64,000 nucleotides of DNA from Takakia lepidozioides (lineage: Eukaryota > Plantae > Bryophyta): NCBI GenBank assembly GCA_030704615.1, contig CM060731.1:31682001-31746000 (forward strand), in the 5' to 3' direction. How positions within the stretch are numbered: position 1 is the stretch's first letter; each line of letters begins with the position of its first letter. Both the position numbers and the translations under genes were made by a program. Of this stretch, positions 36,445-51,055 are shown one piece after another. Under the pieces are notes generated by a model that saw only the letters and a list, made by a program, of their open reading frames with translations, was not told the DNA's origin and made no database searches.

Positions 36445-39400
36445 TTATTCGTCATCTGCATCACTGCTGACCTGGTGAGCGTCCAAATAGAAATCGCTGC
36501 CATCTCCATCTATCATCTTAGCTCTGTTCCCACCGAAAAATGATTCCAACAAGTGAGCCTGATACAGAACCAGGAAGACTGCAAAGAGGGACTATTCCAG
36601 CCTGAGCCAACATGACAATATTCATGTTGGCTACTACTGCCTCTTGTAGGTAGGGTGGACTACGACCACCCACTGTGACAGGGCTGTGTGTTTTAAGACC
36701 CAGCATGGTAATGCGGAGATATACTGAGATGAGAGGGAAAGGGTGTGCATCAATATTGGGGTCCTTGATTTTAAAAATGGACAGGCAGGAAGAGTTTATG
36801 CCATAGCAGCCATCACACTAACATTGTTCAGAGAACATACCGCTCGAGTATGAATTTTCCTTCCTTGTACTTCTGGCGCTCCTCATAAGCAGATTCCTGC
36901 AAGTCCCAAACAATCATGTCCACACAGTCGGGGCAGTTTCCAGCAAGTTGCTGGAAGTCAACCCAGAATACAGCACAAGGCAGTGGGAAAATCATCCTTC
37001 ACCAGAAGAAAAATTCTACTTTCTCCTTGGTCAAAGAGACATCACATGTCCACACTGACTGGTTCATCTTTTCCATCACTCATTCTAAAATTGGTTACTA
37101 CCTCAACAGGAAAAAAATGAGGTGGAGCAGATGTTAACTCTAATGTCCACATCTTTGCTAATGAGTAGGAAGATACAAAAAATAGTTTTTTCATTCTGGC
37201 AGCTGTTTTGGGGCTGGTGCACAACCTCTCTTCCTCTATTTGTTACTCTTTGCAATTGCCACCATTCCAAAAAAAGACTACCAGTAGACTCACAGCTACA
37301 GTCCAATAACATATGACCTGACCACCTTGACCTAACATGAGAGACCTGGCAGCCAATACTCCAACCTTGACCTCCCAAGCTTGCCTAAAAGCTACTGATT
37401 TCCAAAGGGCGGACTTGTTTGATACTGATAATTGTCATGACTCCTTGGTTGCCAAAGACAGCCCTGAAGACCTCATACTACAAACAGGGGGATGACTCTT
37501 CTACAAAAGGTTCACTGGAGGAGGAGACCAAGATATGATTGACCTCCACTCGTGTCACTTTTACAGCATTTCACAGGTTCAGCTTGATAAGGACAAAAGG
37601 ATTGAACACTGAGATAACAGCCAAGAGTGTGTAACAAGGTGCAGCAGAAATACATATTTCCAGCCAACAATCTGCTGGCAACAGTTGCAGTAGATGTCAG
37701 CTACCGTATGTCTGCCTGTGGTCATCATCCGATCCTCTTGAGGACCTAATGACACATTCACCCTACCAACCACCAAAACACCCGACTGTCACTCCAATCC
37801 TTACATTGTCATTCCTTGTACGATGTCTTAGCATTGTGCAAGAGATCACACCAAAAGCTCCATATACTTTCACATTCATAAGGCAGATTCATTATCCATT
37901 ATTTGCAATCTTTCGCAAGAAAAGATATGCTCTCTTAAAGCTCACAGCGAACTAGCAATCCACTTCTCCATGTTTAATGGCTGTGTCCATAGGCCAGACC
38001 ACTGATATTAGAACCGATAACCAAGGACGTCTTGAAACCCAACACCTCAATATTTCAATGGCTACGCTGGCGATTGGAGTTTGCTTGAAAACTAAAAAGC
38101 ATCAGCTACCAGATTCAACTTTCTGAGAAAATGAGAACAAGGTGAGGAACAATAGCAGCAATTATCTCACTGCATGAGTTACAACATAGAGAATGTTACT
38201 TCAGTGCAGAATAGAGTATATGATAGATACACCACATATGTGTTAAAGGGTCCATTGCTAGCAAGAGACGATAGCCAAAATGATGCATGGTAAGAGAGCA
38301 CTTACACAGAGTTGAAAAGATAAGCCTTCCCGTGGCGGCAGTGGAAAGCCTGAACAGAGAGAACAAGGGAAGAGATCACACGGCTTCATCAGGCACTATC
38401 GAACGCCAAATGACAAGGGAAAACCATGAACTTTCATCCCTCAACCCAATTGCAAATCCTATTTTACATTCCTGTCTAAGAACTTCCATGCAAGCGCCTC
38501 ATTAGGGCATGCTGAAGCTCTTTTAGACCTAATTTCACCCATTCTTATTCACTGCCTCATCAATAAAAGGAAATAGAGAATGTACTCATAAGACGTTGTT
38601 TACCTTAGCGTAGACAAAAAGAAAGAGAATCACTGGCCATTTACATTGCTTATTGGTACATATCACCCGGCACAAAGTTCCCGTCATACTAATCCTCCCA
38701 GAACAAGTGATGAGGTTTGGGGGTTTCACAACCTACTATGACAGAACTCTCTCACAAACTTCACAACTGCGCCAAATGGACAAAGTGGAAGCAAACAAAA
38801 CAGACATAGTCTGCATAACTGCATATAACTGCACATCAGCCAGTGCTGAAAGACTGATAACATACGCCACAACTAGACCTCTGCCAACGGCGAAGAATGC
38901 TGGTCAAAAAGAGACAGAGTTTTCTAGTAAGAGAAGAAACAAGCTATGCCAATGCTGCACCCTGTTTGCAACCAGAAAAAAGTTAACTAAGGGCCCTGTC
39001 TGTTACAAGTCCACTGACATGCCGGCACAGCTACACATGTCTAGCTGCACAACTGGAAGCAATGGGGTGAGCTATTCACAACCCAAAGACCCAGGGAAGA
39101 TTCCATAAAGAGATCTCATAGCATACAGCAATGATTGAAGTGCTATACAAAGACACCTCCACAGATTAAAATGTCCAAACCCTAGTACACTGGTCAGCTC
39201 CAAGAGCCAAGGCAGAAACAGACTGGAATCACACTCAACCTGTTCTGTGCCTACCTCTCCCATGTAAAATGCCATGTTTCGCTGGCCGGGATGCACATTT
39301 CGGCATTAGGGGTTTTGACTAATAAGGAAAGGTTTAGTATGATCAAAATTCTGTGCTGACCATAGAAAAAGTGGTGCAGTATCGTTGTTCTGACAAGAGA

Positions 39401-39677
39401 GGGGTGTATCATTCCTGAATTTCATGCTGCAGAATCAGCATGGCACAGCCATCACCGGTAAACTGCTGAGCTCCAACTTTGGGATTGTCAGAGGGTTGAC
39501 TAATCATAGCCCAACCATATGTCAGGCATCAATATCATTGGGGAGGACATACCAAAGACCAAAAGAAGGGGGAGGTATTACCTTAGAGAGAAGCTCATCA
39601 CAATTGGCCAAGTGGCTGCGGCAGAAGCGACAGCTGTAAATGCGCCCGTCTAGCTGGATCAAATACAATCTTCCCAT
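36445..39677 (-). CDS. Yippee-like zinc-binding protein (YPEL family), 5 coding exons, 127 aa
   Basis: Exons 39677-39582, 38349-38306, 37762-37654, 36896-36841 and 36523-36445 give [26 protein letters not shown]|[15 protein letters not shown]|[36 protein letters not shown]|[19 protein letters not shown]|AKMIDGDG... with two CxxC pairs. Confidence 0.93.
38575..38608 (-). mobile_element. Very short 3'-end copy of the COQ10-intron LINE family
   Basis: agagaatgtactcataagacgttgttt is the reverse complement of the LINE terminus. It lies in Yippee intron 1. Confidence 0.7.
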
Positions 39678-42600
39678 ACCTTTCCCTCTTTTCTCTCTTT
39701 ACTTCCCGCTGACTCTCTTTCCTTTTCCTCTCTGACTCAAATCTACAATCCTATATTCTCGCCAGAGTGAATGACATGGAAAAGCAGAGCTTTAATTGGC
39801 GTGAAGGAGAAGTGGCATTCCAAAACACCTCGAATCACCTGCCACAAACAAATTACAACCCAGCAGTACAGTCATTACTCCCACACTGGACCAAAACCCC
39901 ATACTAGAGAGTGTTACTATCAATGACCTCCAAGAATGATATAAGAACCACCAGAGTGGCAAAGATGGAAGATACAGAAATGCATACTGACGACTCCAAA
40001 GCAAACAGCATCAAACACTTGCATCTGAATTAGAAACTGCCATGGAATTGGCCACCATGAGAGCCATTTCCTCACATAATCCTTAGAAAGATCATATTAT
40101 AAAAGCCTGCAACTACTATATTACCACCTGCCTCATCAAGAAACAAGAAAGTAAGCGGGCAAGTGTGAACGGAAATGCGGTGCAGAGGCCAAAGAGGACG
40201 GACGCTTCTCACGCCGAAAACTCGGCTGCAACATCAAGACTAGAAACCAATGCTCCATACATAGCAGCCACAAGGAAGTACTGTAATAATGATGGCCTAC
40301 AAATTACAAACCTCAAACACCCCACTCCATTTCACACTCCGAAATCACCCCATGCTTGCAATCCAGTCGCCAGTGACATCTATAATTCCACAAGCTACAG
40401 CCATCCAGGCATACCAGTAATACTTGCAAGATAGTCAATTGATGGTTTACCACCAAACGATCGCCTTCACAACAAGTAAGAATCATGACATCAGATGAGC
40501 CTCCGCAATTGGTGATCTAGATGGCCGAATCTTCTGAAAAACATAACATCTCTGATAGTCCATATGCCAGACAGCATGCATGAGAGAAGCGATTCCTAGG
40601 TCCCCCAGAGTCGGTCCGCCGTCAAACCTTCCAGCCAATCAATTTCCGCTACAATACATTCTTTTCAGAAAAATGAAAAGAAGGTCGGGAAGGAGAAACT
40701 ACGCACATATCAGTGCCGGCCAGTCTGTTGGAATCTGCGTCAACCATGCCATACTCCAAACCGAAAGCCTCCAGTGGCACGCACCCGGACATGATAGCCA
40801 TCCCCTCTCCTACAACAAAAGCCTCCACCAATTGTCTCAACCCCGCACGGATTTCCAAGCAACCTCACACATTTACTGGAAGACGCACCCGCAACAGCCA
40901 GAGCAAATGCAGGGGGACAAACAAACCAACGACGCTAATTCCTTCACCCCCGCTCCCGGAATTTGGCATACAGCAACTAGTCTGATCCGTGGCTGCCAAG
41001 CAACGATGGATCTGCGCACAGATCTCTCGGGGCAGGCCACGCAAAATCATGCGCCAGAGTGAGAGCGAGGGAGACACAGCCTCACGGATAGGTGTAGAGC
41101 GACACTGCCCACACACCCTTCCATCCATGCATGCCCATGCATGTGCTCCTCGTACACCCACACATCCCTCTATTCATCCACCAGGGGGAGTTTTCGAGCC
41201 ACGACCAGATGTCTTGCATCCACCCGGATGAATGTGCGACTCGCATGAGCATAAGGGTGGGTGGGGTAGAAAAGTAGGAGTGATTAGGAAGGTGGGATAA
41301 TCCCATATCCATTGCACGCTAACCTCTTCGCATTATGTATAAGTATAAGCAGCTGCAAGAGCGCGTAAGCTACCGTGGTTGGCCGCCCACGCCGAGGCCA
41401 CGCTGAGTGTAACACGTGGAGCATGACACGCGTCGCCTTGAGCACCCTGACCTAGTCTTGATGATGTCTCTCCCTCCCCCACACGTCACATTTACTGCTC
41501 GCCGTAAGCTCCTGCACACTGCACCTGCTGCGTTGCTGCTTAGATCGTGAGTGTCATTGTCAATGAGGAGATCACGATTCACGAGTCATCGCTCACCACT
41601 TCATTGTCGGTACACAGACGTCGATGAGCTGAGGCAGGAGATTTTTGCTGCAGAGAGTGGGAAAATGTGGAAAACACTATTTTCTTGTGTGCCCCGTTTC
41701 TCCGAAGTACTGCTCCTCAGCGATCAACTAAGCATGCAGTGATGGCTCTTGCAACAGCACCTGAAACTACAAGAGCAGGAATCGATAGTCTACGTCAATG
41801 CAGTTCATGAATTTGAGGCTTCAGCATAAGTAACTTAACTCTCTTTCCAGGATACCAGAGTCCCGGTGTCATCGCATACTCAGGTGGAACATGTACTTGT
41901 GCTAAAGATACACTTTCCAGAGGAAGTGACTCCGGCCAAAGAGACTGCAATGTTAATCTGTTATGTCAGTGATTTTTGTCTGTATATGCCATAGTCTGGT
42001 TGCATGCTGCCCACGGTTAAAATTTTCAGGTCAATAAGATAAGCGCTTGCCTGCAATGGGACGTCGGTTGTCATTGCTTGCTTGTATGTAAAAGTCTATC
42101 AAATACTTCCGCAATGGTGTTGTCCACCTACTTGAGATTCAGCATTCCAGATTAAATTGACCTTGCCGAGTTGGTCAGTCACCCCTCTCTATGCACGTGA
42201 TAGTGGAATAATAAGTAACTATTGTAACCAGAACTTATGAACTGGGATGGCTGAAGGTGTGGGCTAAGAAAGATGGCCTGACCAACAATTCAATATCAAA
42301 AATGATGGGAGACACAGTAGATCCCATAGTCCAAGTTAGGACATAGGTGCTGACTAGAATGCTGACTAGAATGCAACGTTCTACGGAAAAGACCCTCTGA
42401 AAGCTGTGCGCTAGCATGAGAGCTCAGACTGAGGGGAAGACTTGCTGCGCAAGACCTAACTTTTGCAATCCTTTCCTCAGGGCCCCCCAAGTAGGTCTGC
42501 AATAGAACAACCAGCTAGGTATAATTCTTAATGCTTCATGCTTCTAGCCGGAGAAGCTTCACATTTGCTCTGCCTTCTGCAAATATGCTGCAAGATGCAG

Positions 42601-42890
42601 TTTTGAAATCGTGATAACCTTCAATACCCCTGAGAGTCCAGTGCCAACCCCTCAAACACCGCACACGTAGGCTAGACCAAACATCCTTATGCGCATAAAT
42701 TTCCACCTACAGTTAAAATATACATGCAAAATTGCCACAAGATGATGACTTCAAAGGGCGCCCTGTCGTTTGAAGTCCAGACATCTGACTTCCCTGAAAT
42801 TTCTGCAAAAATGACATCCATTGATAACATCAGTAACTATAAGCAGAATCCAGAACAACAGTCCTTTTCTCTAAGGTGACGAGAAATTTG

Positions 42891-43088
42891 GAGAGAGAGA
42901 GAGAGAATGTACTCATAAGACGTTGTTTGCCGTAGCCTTGTGACACAAAGGGACAGAACCTACCTCTGTCAGGGGCCGCTGTCGGTAGTAAGACTTACAG
43001 AGAAATGAAATGAAATGAAATGAAATGAAATGGTGCTGTATAACGTCCGCGGAAAGCTCATAGAAGAGAGAGAGAGAGAGAGAGAGAG
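42891..43088 (-). mobile_element. Two nested retroelement 3' ends between (AG)n tracts
   Basis: 42891-42998 matches LINE 28929-29060 with an internal deletion. 43003-43062 is an (AAATG)n tail plus ggtgctgtataacgtccgcggaaagctca, whose reverse complement matches 51908-51955. Confidence 0.8.
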
Positions 43089-43163
43089 TCCAACCTTGAA
43101 AATGCTTGCATTTGATCTCGAACTCAGTCAAGACCAATAGAAGGCATTACCCTTCTTACCACA

Positions 43164-44599
43164 CTACCTGCAGCATTTCCAGAAAGAAGTTACATGTAAA
43201 TATATCAGCTTATTAACATTCACCCTTGTAGCTAGCACCAGCTTGAGGTCGACCCTGCACAAATTTCTGAAGAAAATCAATTCCACCAGTATCGAAAGAG
43301 AGTTGATGTCCTTCTTCAATAGATCCTGAGATTTGAGAGACGCCAACACTCTAAGACGAGGCTTGATTTTCGCCTCGAGGCTCATAGTCAAAAATTGCGG
43401 AAACTTCACAATCTCCTTCGGTGAAGAGCCCATGGTCTCCTTAAGAAATTCGATCTTGTTTCGCATGTTTTTCTCACTCTGATTGAGAATGCCTGGATGC
43501 TTCTTCAGAAGCTGCAAGGCCTCCTCTGCAGAACACTGCAAAGTCTCCATGAGGAAGGCTTTTTTAAGCTCAATGCCCTGTGCACTTTGGAAGACTATGG
43601 TCGGTTGCCTCTTTAGCATCTGGCTAGCATCCAATGAGGAGAAGCCAAGGCCTGTCAACCGAAGCAGACGCTTCTCCAGGGAGCGAGAACCTACGGTGGC
43701 ACACACAGCGAAAGCACCTGCCATCGAAGGTGCCGGCGCCTTAAACCCTGTACTCCTGAGATATTCCACTGTCTTGGAGAGACTTCCATCAACAGACCGT
43801 CCCAACACGTCAGGCTGTCCAGTGATAAGCTTAGTTATACCCTTGGGACTCAAACCCTCACTCCCTAAAAAGTCCACTTTCCGCTTGAGATTGTTGTCAG
43901 TATTGTACCCAAATAGCTGAGGAAACGACACCACCACTCTGCCGATGTGCTCTCTCTGTACGCCACAGCTCTCCAGAAATGCAATCTTATGCAGCATACC
44001 TTGAAGGCTGTGATCAAGGATGTAAGGAAGAACCTTGCCAATCTAACACCAATGTCACTCCACCTTCCGTCAAGATTCAGCTCGACGCTGTGACCGAACA
44101 ATGTAGGGACAGATGTGATCAGCTTAGCCAAGTTCTTCTTCTCAACTCCCGCAGCCTCTAGAAATGCCAGTTTTTGTGTCATATTCCCCACACTGTACCC
44201 TTGGATGCGTGGTAGAACTTATATAGCTTCCTCCCTTACACCAAAACTTCTTACGAGCTCGATCTTAGGCTTGAGGCTCTCGGCCTGATCTGCGGTGGAG
44301 CTAAACAATGCAACTGCCGCCGAGCCCATCAGGCCCGAACCTCCTCTCCCTACACTCCTCGCCATTCTGTCTTTTCCATCTCCATAATCACTCGTGCGGA
44401 CATCAGGACTGCAACCACCCTCTTTCTTCCCGCACATGAAAGCATCAGTCTTCACCCCAGGAGGAATCTGATAGCCCGAAGTGGACAGCTGCCGCGACCA
44501 GGCCGAGAGCCTCCAGCCCTTTCCCGACATAGCGAACTGTAGTCCCTCATTCCTCAACAGAACACACCTGATCAACAGATCCATGGTGAGATCGATCAC
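43164..44599 (-). pseudogene. mTERF family gene, disrupted
   Basis: Repeats such as KIAFLESCGV..IGRVVVSFPQLFGY, KIEFLKETMG..EIVKFPQFLTMSLEAKIKPR. In-frame TAA at 44219-44221 and a frameshift near 44000-44050. Confidence 0.8.
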
Positions 44600-47500
44600 T
44601 TCCAGTAGGAAAGATGCTTACTCCCCTCACAAATCTTCTCTTCGTCCACAGTCCTACGATCAATCCCTCACCAAGAATGAGTTCCTACCCTAACCCTAAC
44701 CAATACTGATTCAACCATATGAGAAGCTTAACAACTGGACGATGACACCCAAGTTGAGATATACTTACAGCATGGAAGGAATTGGATGTCCCAAGCTGAA
44801 CAAGTTCAATTCATGGAAGTGTGTTGATCTTGCTCATTCCATGCTCCCTTTGATTCTTGCCATGATCCGGACACTTGATGGTGTAAAAATTGATCTTCTT
44901 CCATCAGTGTATATGTACAAAGGTCTGACCACTGTTATGTACGCTTGCGATTGTCAATTGTGAGATACACAGTTTGTCCAATAAAGCCGGGCATGACAGA
45001 AAGCTTATGCCACCCATAGCTCTCTAGATGCGGGCATCAATTTTCTTCAAACCTTTCATGAAACCATGGGCCCTTCTTGAATCATCACAGAAAGTATCTT
45101 GTTTCCCGGACACTGCCAACACAATGTCACAATTTTGTAGCTTACATCACCTGAAACTCACTAGCCATCAGCTGTACGCCACTTCTTTAGCTACTCCAGG
45201 CTTCAGTAACTGGGGTTGGGTGGTTGAACCCCGAACAAATGGATGCTGGTGTTCCATGAGGACTGAGACATAAAACAGTCCTGCGAAGAGTCCATGAGAG
45301 AAATCTATTTTATACCAGTACCACGCAAGCATGGCCAGGGTTGAAGAGCCATAAGGCTCAGACCACACTCTGATGAGTAAATGGTATCTATTGTACACTT
45401 TCATTTGAGTGGGTATTCAAGAATCTGGTAGGTAAACCTGTGTTGTTAAGACTTAAGACGCTTGTTCCCGAGAGCTTGTTACGAATGTGAATGTGTACAG
45501 AGAGGTCGTTAGTACGCTCTATATATTGCATTTTCTTCTCTAATTACTACTTCAGATTGCCGCAAAAAAGAGCTTACTGACTGCCAGGGGTCCCATTGTA
45601 AAATTCTCTAAGAGTTTTCAGGCTTCACTGTATCTGATAAGTTACTCAGGGTTATGGATGAACTGACTAGTCCAAATGTCCTCTCTTTGCGAGCTCAATT
45701 GAATCAAAGAACACGGAGTTGGTATTAGAGAACACATCTCGCCCACGCCAAGCCCTGATGGCAAACTGGAAGACGCTAGCTGTGAACAAGAAGAGGTGGA
45801 TTGATTTAGATAATTCTTTTGTCTACATTCGGAGAGCATTCGGAGCTATCTTCACCACAAATACTTCAGGTATGTTATATATTTCTTTCTTTGTAATGTA
45901 ATAAGCTTAGTGTATTGTTGTGACTAGTTTCTCGCATAAACACCATCGTGATCACTGTCCCCACACCACGTCGGCATGAACGCAAGAATGCATGACATTC
46001 TGAAAGTGAAAATTCCTGCTGAAGTATGGAATGTGCAAATGATTCGGAAACGAGAAAGCAAATTCTTATCATGCTAATGTCATGACCATAACTGATTTGT
46101 TGTGGAGCAGGATCAACTTCCGAGCACAAGTGAGGCAGCAACTTCACGAGTGCCTGAGAACCTTCACGAGAATCCGGAGTATCCTAAAACGGATGTGAAT
46201 GCGAGAAGAAGATCTACAGGATCATTTTCACCATTTCTGAGCACTTTGTACCCTGCAGACAAAAGATTAGCTGATCTTCACACCATTCTCAACAGTCTGT
46301 TCGAAGGGAATGAGGATTCTTCAATGATTATGTCGAAAAACTCGATGTAACTTACTGAAGCTTCGACAGAGAGACTTGAATGTACAGCTGCCCCTAACCA
46401 TTGAGACAAAATGGAACCTCTAGAAATCGAGGACTGTGTCTAGCACAATGCCAACGTTCGTTATAAGTTTACGATTCTACGAACTCATAGAATAGCGTAG
46501 GTTAAACTTTAGACCACTGGAGAAACAGGATAAAATAGGCTGAAAATTGTATTCAACTAGACAGGTTTTGTAATGTTGGACATCCCTCCAAACTTAAATG
46601 CTTGTGAGCATTTTCACAACATTTGCGCACCCACTTCCGTTATGTAGTACTTTTCTGTACACTGTAGTGTGCATATATAGTGGGTATAATTCATGTTATG
46701 GACTAATACATTCCATCAGATAAACTCTAATTGCATTTGAAACAAAATCTCCGATACACTGGCATTGTTGGCAAAGAATTATACTATGCAGCACGTCAGA
46801 AATCAAGAAACATGTCCTTTTCAGCATCAGTACATGAGGACAACATATAAATCAAGCTGCGACACTGTACAGCGAAATTGTTTCAACTTCACAGATTATC
46901 AGTGAAGGTCATGCACTCTCCTACCAACTTAGCATGGTGGCGACGCAACATGTCCTAAGGTATATATTGCAGCCTTAGCATTCTACACTCCGATAATGGT
47001 AATGCAACCGAGCTCAAAGAAATTCTACACATACGCTTAACACAGCAAGAAGCTGGCACATTAAAAACTGCTCAAAATTTGTGTCTAGCTACTTTCTAAG
47101 AAGATTTGAAACTAGAGACAATTTCGTGGGTGGATACAAACTGCAGACACATTTCAGCTCTCAAGATTTCTGTTAATTGTACTTAACCACAGCAACACTA
47201 GCATGGTTCACTCGAATGAACAATAAGAGTACCTAATCTAACAATCCGACAGCCGTATGTTCATTTCTATTGCCAACAACAAAACTGTGTACCTCGAGGA
47301 TTACCTTTAGAGAGACGCTCCAGATCATGAGGATTCCATAGCCATTGGCAATCTTCAACCCCTGCAACGGTATACATTGCAATATGAGTGCATGTACATG
47401 GGACAACTTCACTTGAGTTTCTACAGACGTAATCTGAAATAAATTTCTTACCAAGGAGTTGGGCAGGCGAGGATAACTCTCTCTAAGTCTTACTAAGTAT

Positions 47501-48509
47501 GCCGATAACTCTCTGACTTATGAAGTTACGCACAAAGAGCTCCACAAGCCTGCGTGCGGATGAGCGAATCCCACCTCTTGCAGACGGTGCGAAATCTGCA
47601 GAGGTCGGGCACAGGCACAAAAGGCAACACCTGCTCCAGGAGTTCTGACGAGAGCTTGCTCGACACGCTAGCACTCAATTCCATCGTCGGTCTCTGTGTC
47701 TATCCGAATGTCAACTTGAGTAGAATCACCACTAGAAGCATTTGTGTCTTTTCCGATTCGACTGCATGTCCGCGACCACTCCGGGAACCACTTGGTAGTA
47801 AACGGGACTATTGGAGAGTCGAAAGAGACAATGTGGGCCCACGGGGGCATTTCAAATGGCGGACAGAAGTGGGGTCAACGACTCCGGAGTCGTAGCAGAA
47901 TTCCGGGCTATTTTACGAATTGCGTAAATACATAAAATTTGAAAAAGCCAAAATTACAAGTGGTTCTAATTATTGCACATGCGACTACAAATTTTCTTTC
48001 CTAATTCGATTAATGTAATAAAGATATTTATTCATTAAAGTGAATATGTAGTCGACTCAACAATTCCATGAACCACTGCGTATTCATTGCACCCATGACT
48101 CGGCAGCACATTTGCTGACGTGGCTTTCACAAAAAGAGGTAAACAAAATGTGGCCTTGGGGGAATAGATATTTTAATACGTGCTGCCTCCACCTGGCAGA
48201 GACAAGGATGCAAGTGCTGCGTCGGACATGGCGGGACGTGGGAATGGAAATCCTGACACGGCAATGCCTTCGTATACTGTGAGCGCGCGTAGTGGCTTCT
48301 CAGAACGGTGTGACATCGGGGTCTTGGTCATTCATCATTTACAGAATGTGCTGGATGGAGGCACGATGGAGCGCGCATACGGGCATGCCCTTCTGGCATC
48401 AATTCCCAAGTATCCACGCAAGGTGAGACTGCTGAATTGGGTTTTTGCCCGTCTAGTTTTCTGACAGCATGCTCGAAACGTTCATAGTGCCATTGAGTGG
48501 CATCGGAAT

Positions 48510-49215
48510 AATTTGATGTGTAGCTGCTTTTCCATTTCACAAGTTATGCAGAAGTCGTCACAGAAGAAGATCGCAAAGACGTCAAGGCTGAAGAATATGC
48601 CCTTTGGTTGTGAACTACAATCATATCATGCCAAACCCCATTTTGCCCACGCAGGTGAGGGAGACATTCTGCATTTGCGAGTGGAACTTAATTCCTCTAA
48701 ACCCAGCTTGAAGGCAGTTGTGACACCAGAGAAACTGGAAACTACCTCCAAGAAAGTTGAAACTCGCAAGATAGTCATGTATTCGTCTCATTATCTCCAA
48801 CTGGGATTCCAAGTTATCATCCGACCCTTTACATGTGTGCTGGAATGGAGTATAATTATGGTTTAGGCAGTTATTGCCACCAGACGTTCGCTTCTCCAAT
48901 TTTTACATTTAAGGATGTGTCTGTGTTTATGGCACTCTTTCTCCCAATGAGGCCTGAGTACCCCCCTGTACTTGCAAGAATTTGATGTGTAGCTGCTTTT
49001 TCCTTTCATAAATTATGAAGAAGCAGTCACAGAAGAAGATCGCAAAGAGGTCAAGGCTGAAAGCGTTCATTAAGGTTGTGAACTACAATCATATCATGCC
49101 AAACCAGCGGCGGCAGATGGTGTCATGAGACATTCTGCGATTTGCGCATAGGTGGACTTAATTTTGATGTTGACTTGAAGGCAGTTGTGACACCAGTGAA
49201 ACTGGAAACTACAGG
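48510..49215. repeat. Diverged direct duplication (~240 bp; 48510-48745 and 48979-49212)
   Basis: aatttgatgtgtagctgctttt..gtcacagaagaagatcgcaaaga.gtcaaggctgaa..ggttgtgaactacaatcatatcatgccaaacc..ttgaaggcagttgtgacaccag.gaaactggaaactac occurs twice. Confidence 0.8.
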
Positions 49216-49837
49216 TTAGATGATGGCGTGCTGCATCGCGACATAAACCTGCATTTGACATTCAGGCTTAGGATTCATGCAATTTGGTGCTAGTCAGGCC
49301 TGCACAGTTCCAAAGCACAAGTGGGAACCCATCCGAGGGATGGGGACCTCGTAAGTGCTTCTTCATTTTGTACTCACCTTGTTTTTGCATCGCACTTGTG
49401 TTACAAGGGGCAGAGCCATTCATTTGGCTGGAGGTTCAATTCCTCTACAAGTGAGCTATTCTCGTGTCACTACAATCAGTTAGATGTATTTGTGGTGGTT
49501 GCTGGATTTGCGGCTCTGGGGTGTCTTGCCAAGTGCCAGATGCCACTCCTTCACAATATCGTCAGTCAGCCTCAGGGTTCCAGGAAGAATGGTGGCTCGA
49601 AAGACAGATGACTCCAAAAGGGAGAACTTGTAGTACCTGCATTCATGAAAAACACAGAATGAGGTCCCTGAACTGGAAATTCGGCACCATTTTCCCAGGT
49701 TGGGGCGGAACTGACTGGGCCTAGAACTGGAAAAATGGCGCCGAATTTCGGTTTTTGGTGCTAGCCACGCTAGGGACAGCCATTTTGGGAGCCCTGAATT
49801 GGAAATTCGGCGCCATTTTCCCAGGTCCGGCCCGAAA

Positions 49838-51055
49838 ACGTTTATCGTATCCTTCTCCCCAAAGATAGTCTTCAGAATGTTCTCGCAGAAGTTCTTCTCA
49901 CAATGCATGGGGTCCAGGAGGTACCGCTGCAAGAGGTTCTGAAATGCCAAATGTCCTCCCATGAGACCAAGTTCTATGGGCAAAAAAAGTAGAATATGTG
50001 GCAGAAGTTGTCCATGTTACTACATTCTGCTTTCAACAACTCCACGATCCTCTCCACAGTGAGGTGTACGACTTCAACATCTACTGCATAGTAGTTACAC
50101 TGACTTAGGAGTTGGTGGAAGGACTCCTGACAGTAAAGGTAATTCCAGGAAGCACAATGTGAAAGAAAGTGAGTGAATGGGGGGGGGGATTCATGCACCT
50201 TCCAGTATGGCAAATCCCAAAGGATTGTCCGACGCTTCACCCCGTGCTCCATGGCTGGATCCGCACTACTTCCGTCTCTCCCTCCAATCTCCATGAACGC
50301 CTCTTTCTCCTTTGCAAATTGCAATGTCTCCTCCGGTGTCACAGCATTTGGTGCCATTCTCTTTTCAACACATCCATTGAAGTGCCTTCCTGCTCGTCGG
50401 TAGGGGTGGTTTCTTGCAAGGTAACATCGATGCCCCATGTATATTGTCTTCCCTAGTGGCTTTGAGTGCCGTGAATCCACATAGGGCCAACAAATGGGGC
50501 ACCCTTTGTAGCCCTTCGCAACAATGCCATATGCGGGGAAATCGTGGATTGACCACATGAGTATGGCACGGAGGGTGAAACTCCGTTGCCCTACTGGTTT
50601 CAAAATGTCGTAAGCTTCAACTCCAATCCATAGTTCATGTAGCTCTTCAATCAATGGTTGCAAATACACATCTATGTTTGCATTTGTCACGGACTCCTTG
50701 CCTGGAATCAAGAGAGACAACATGACAAAGAATTTCTTTGTTGTCAACCATGGTGGCAGGTTGTATGCCACCAACTGCACGGGCCATGTGGACCATGTGC
50801 AACTCTTTGATCCGTATGGGTTTACTCCATCCGTAGATACAGCCAATCGCACATTGCGTGGGTCCTCGACAAAATCGGGCCAAGTTGCATCTATATGCTT
50901 CCATGCAAGGGAATCTGGGACATGCCTTACCAAACCATCGTTTGAGGCATTCCTGGAATGCCAAGTCATGAGCTCACTAATGGTCTTGCATTTGTACATT
51001 CGTAATAGACGGGGGATAAGGGGAAAGTGCCTCAACACCTTGGCTGGCTGTTGTC
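49838..51055 (-). mobile_element. CACTA (En/Spm) TnpD transposase fragment (Transposase_21-like)
   Basis: KVLRHFPLIPRL..MTWH..HVPDSLAWKHID..F..DPRNVRLAVSTDGVNP..TWPV..YNLPPW..IPG..IDVYLQPLIEEL..LW..DFPAYG..CPIC..LPYWK, then an intron, then LDPMHCEKN. Truncated at both ends. Confidence 0.9.

Noticed and set aside
40580-41231. ORFs upstream of the Yippee-like gene as genes or conserved uORFs
   Set aside because: No recognisable motifs; likely 5' UTR/promoter sequence. Conservation data would be needed.
44700-48470. Scattered short ORFs with splice-like signals
   Set aside because: No consistent gene model or family motif could be assembled.
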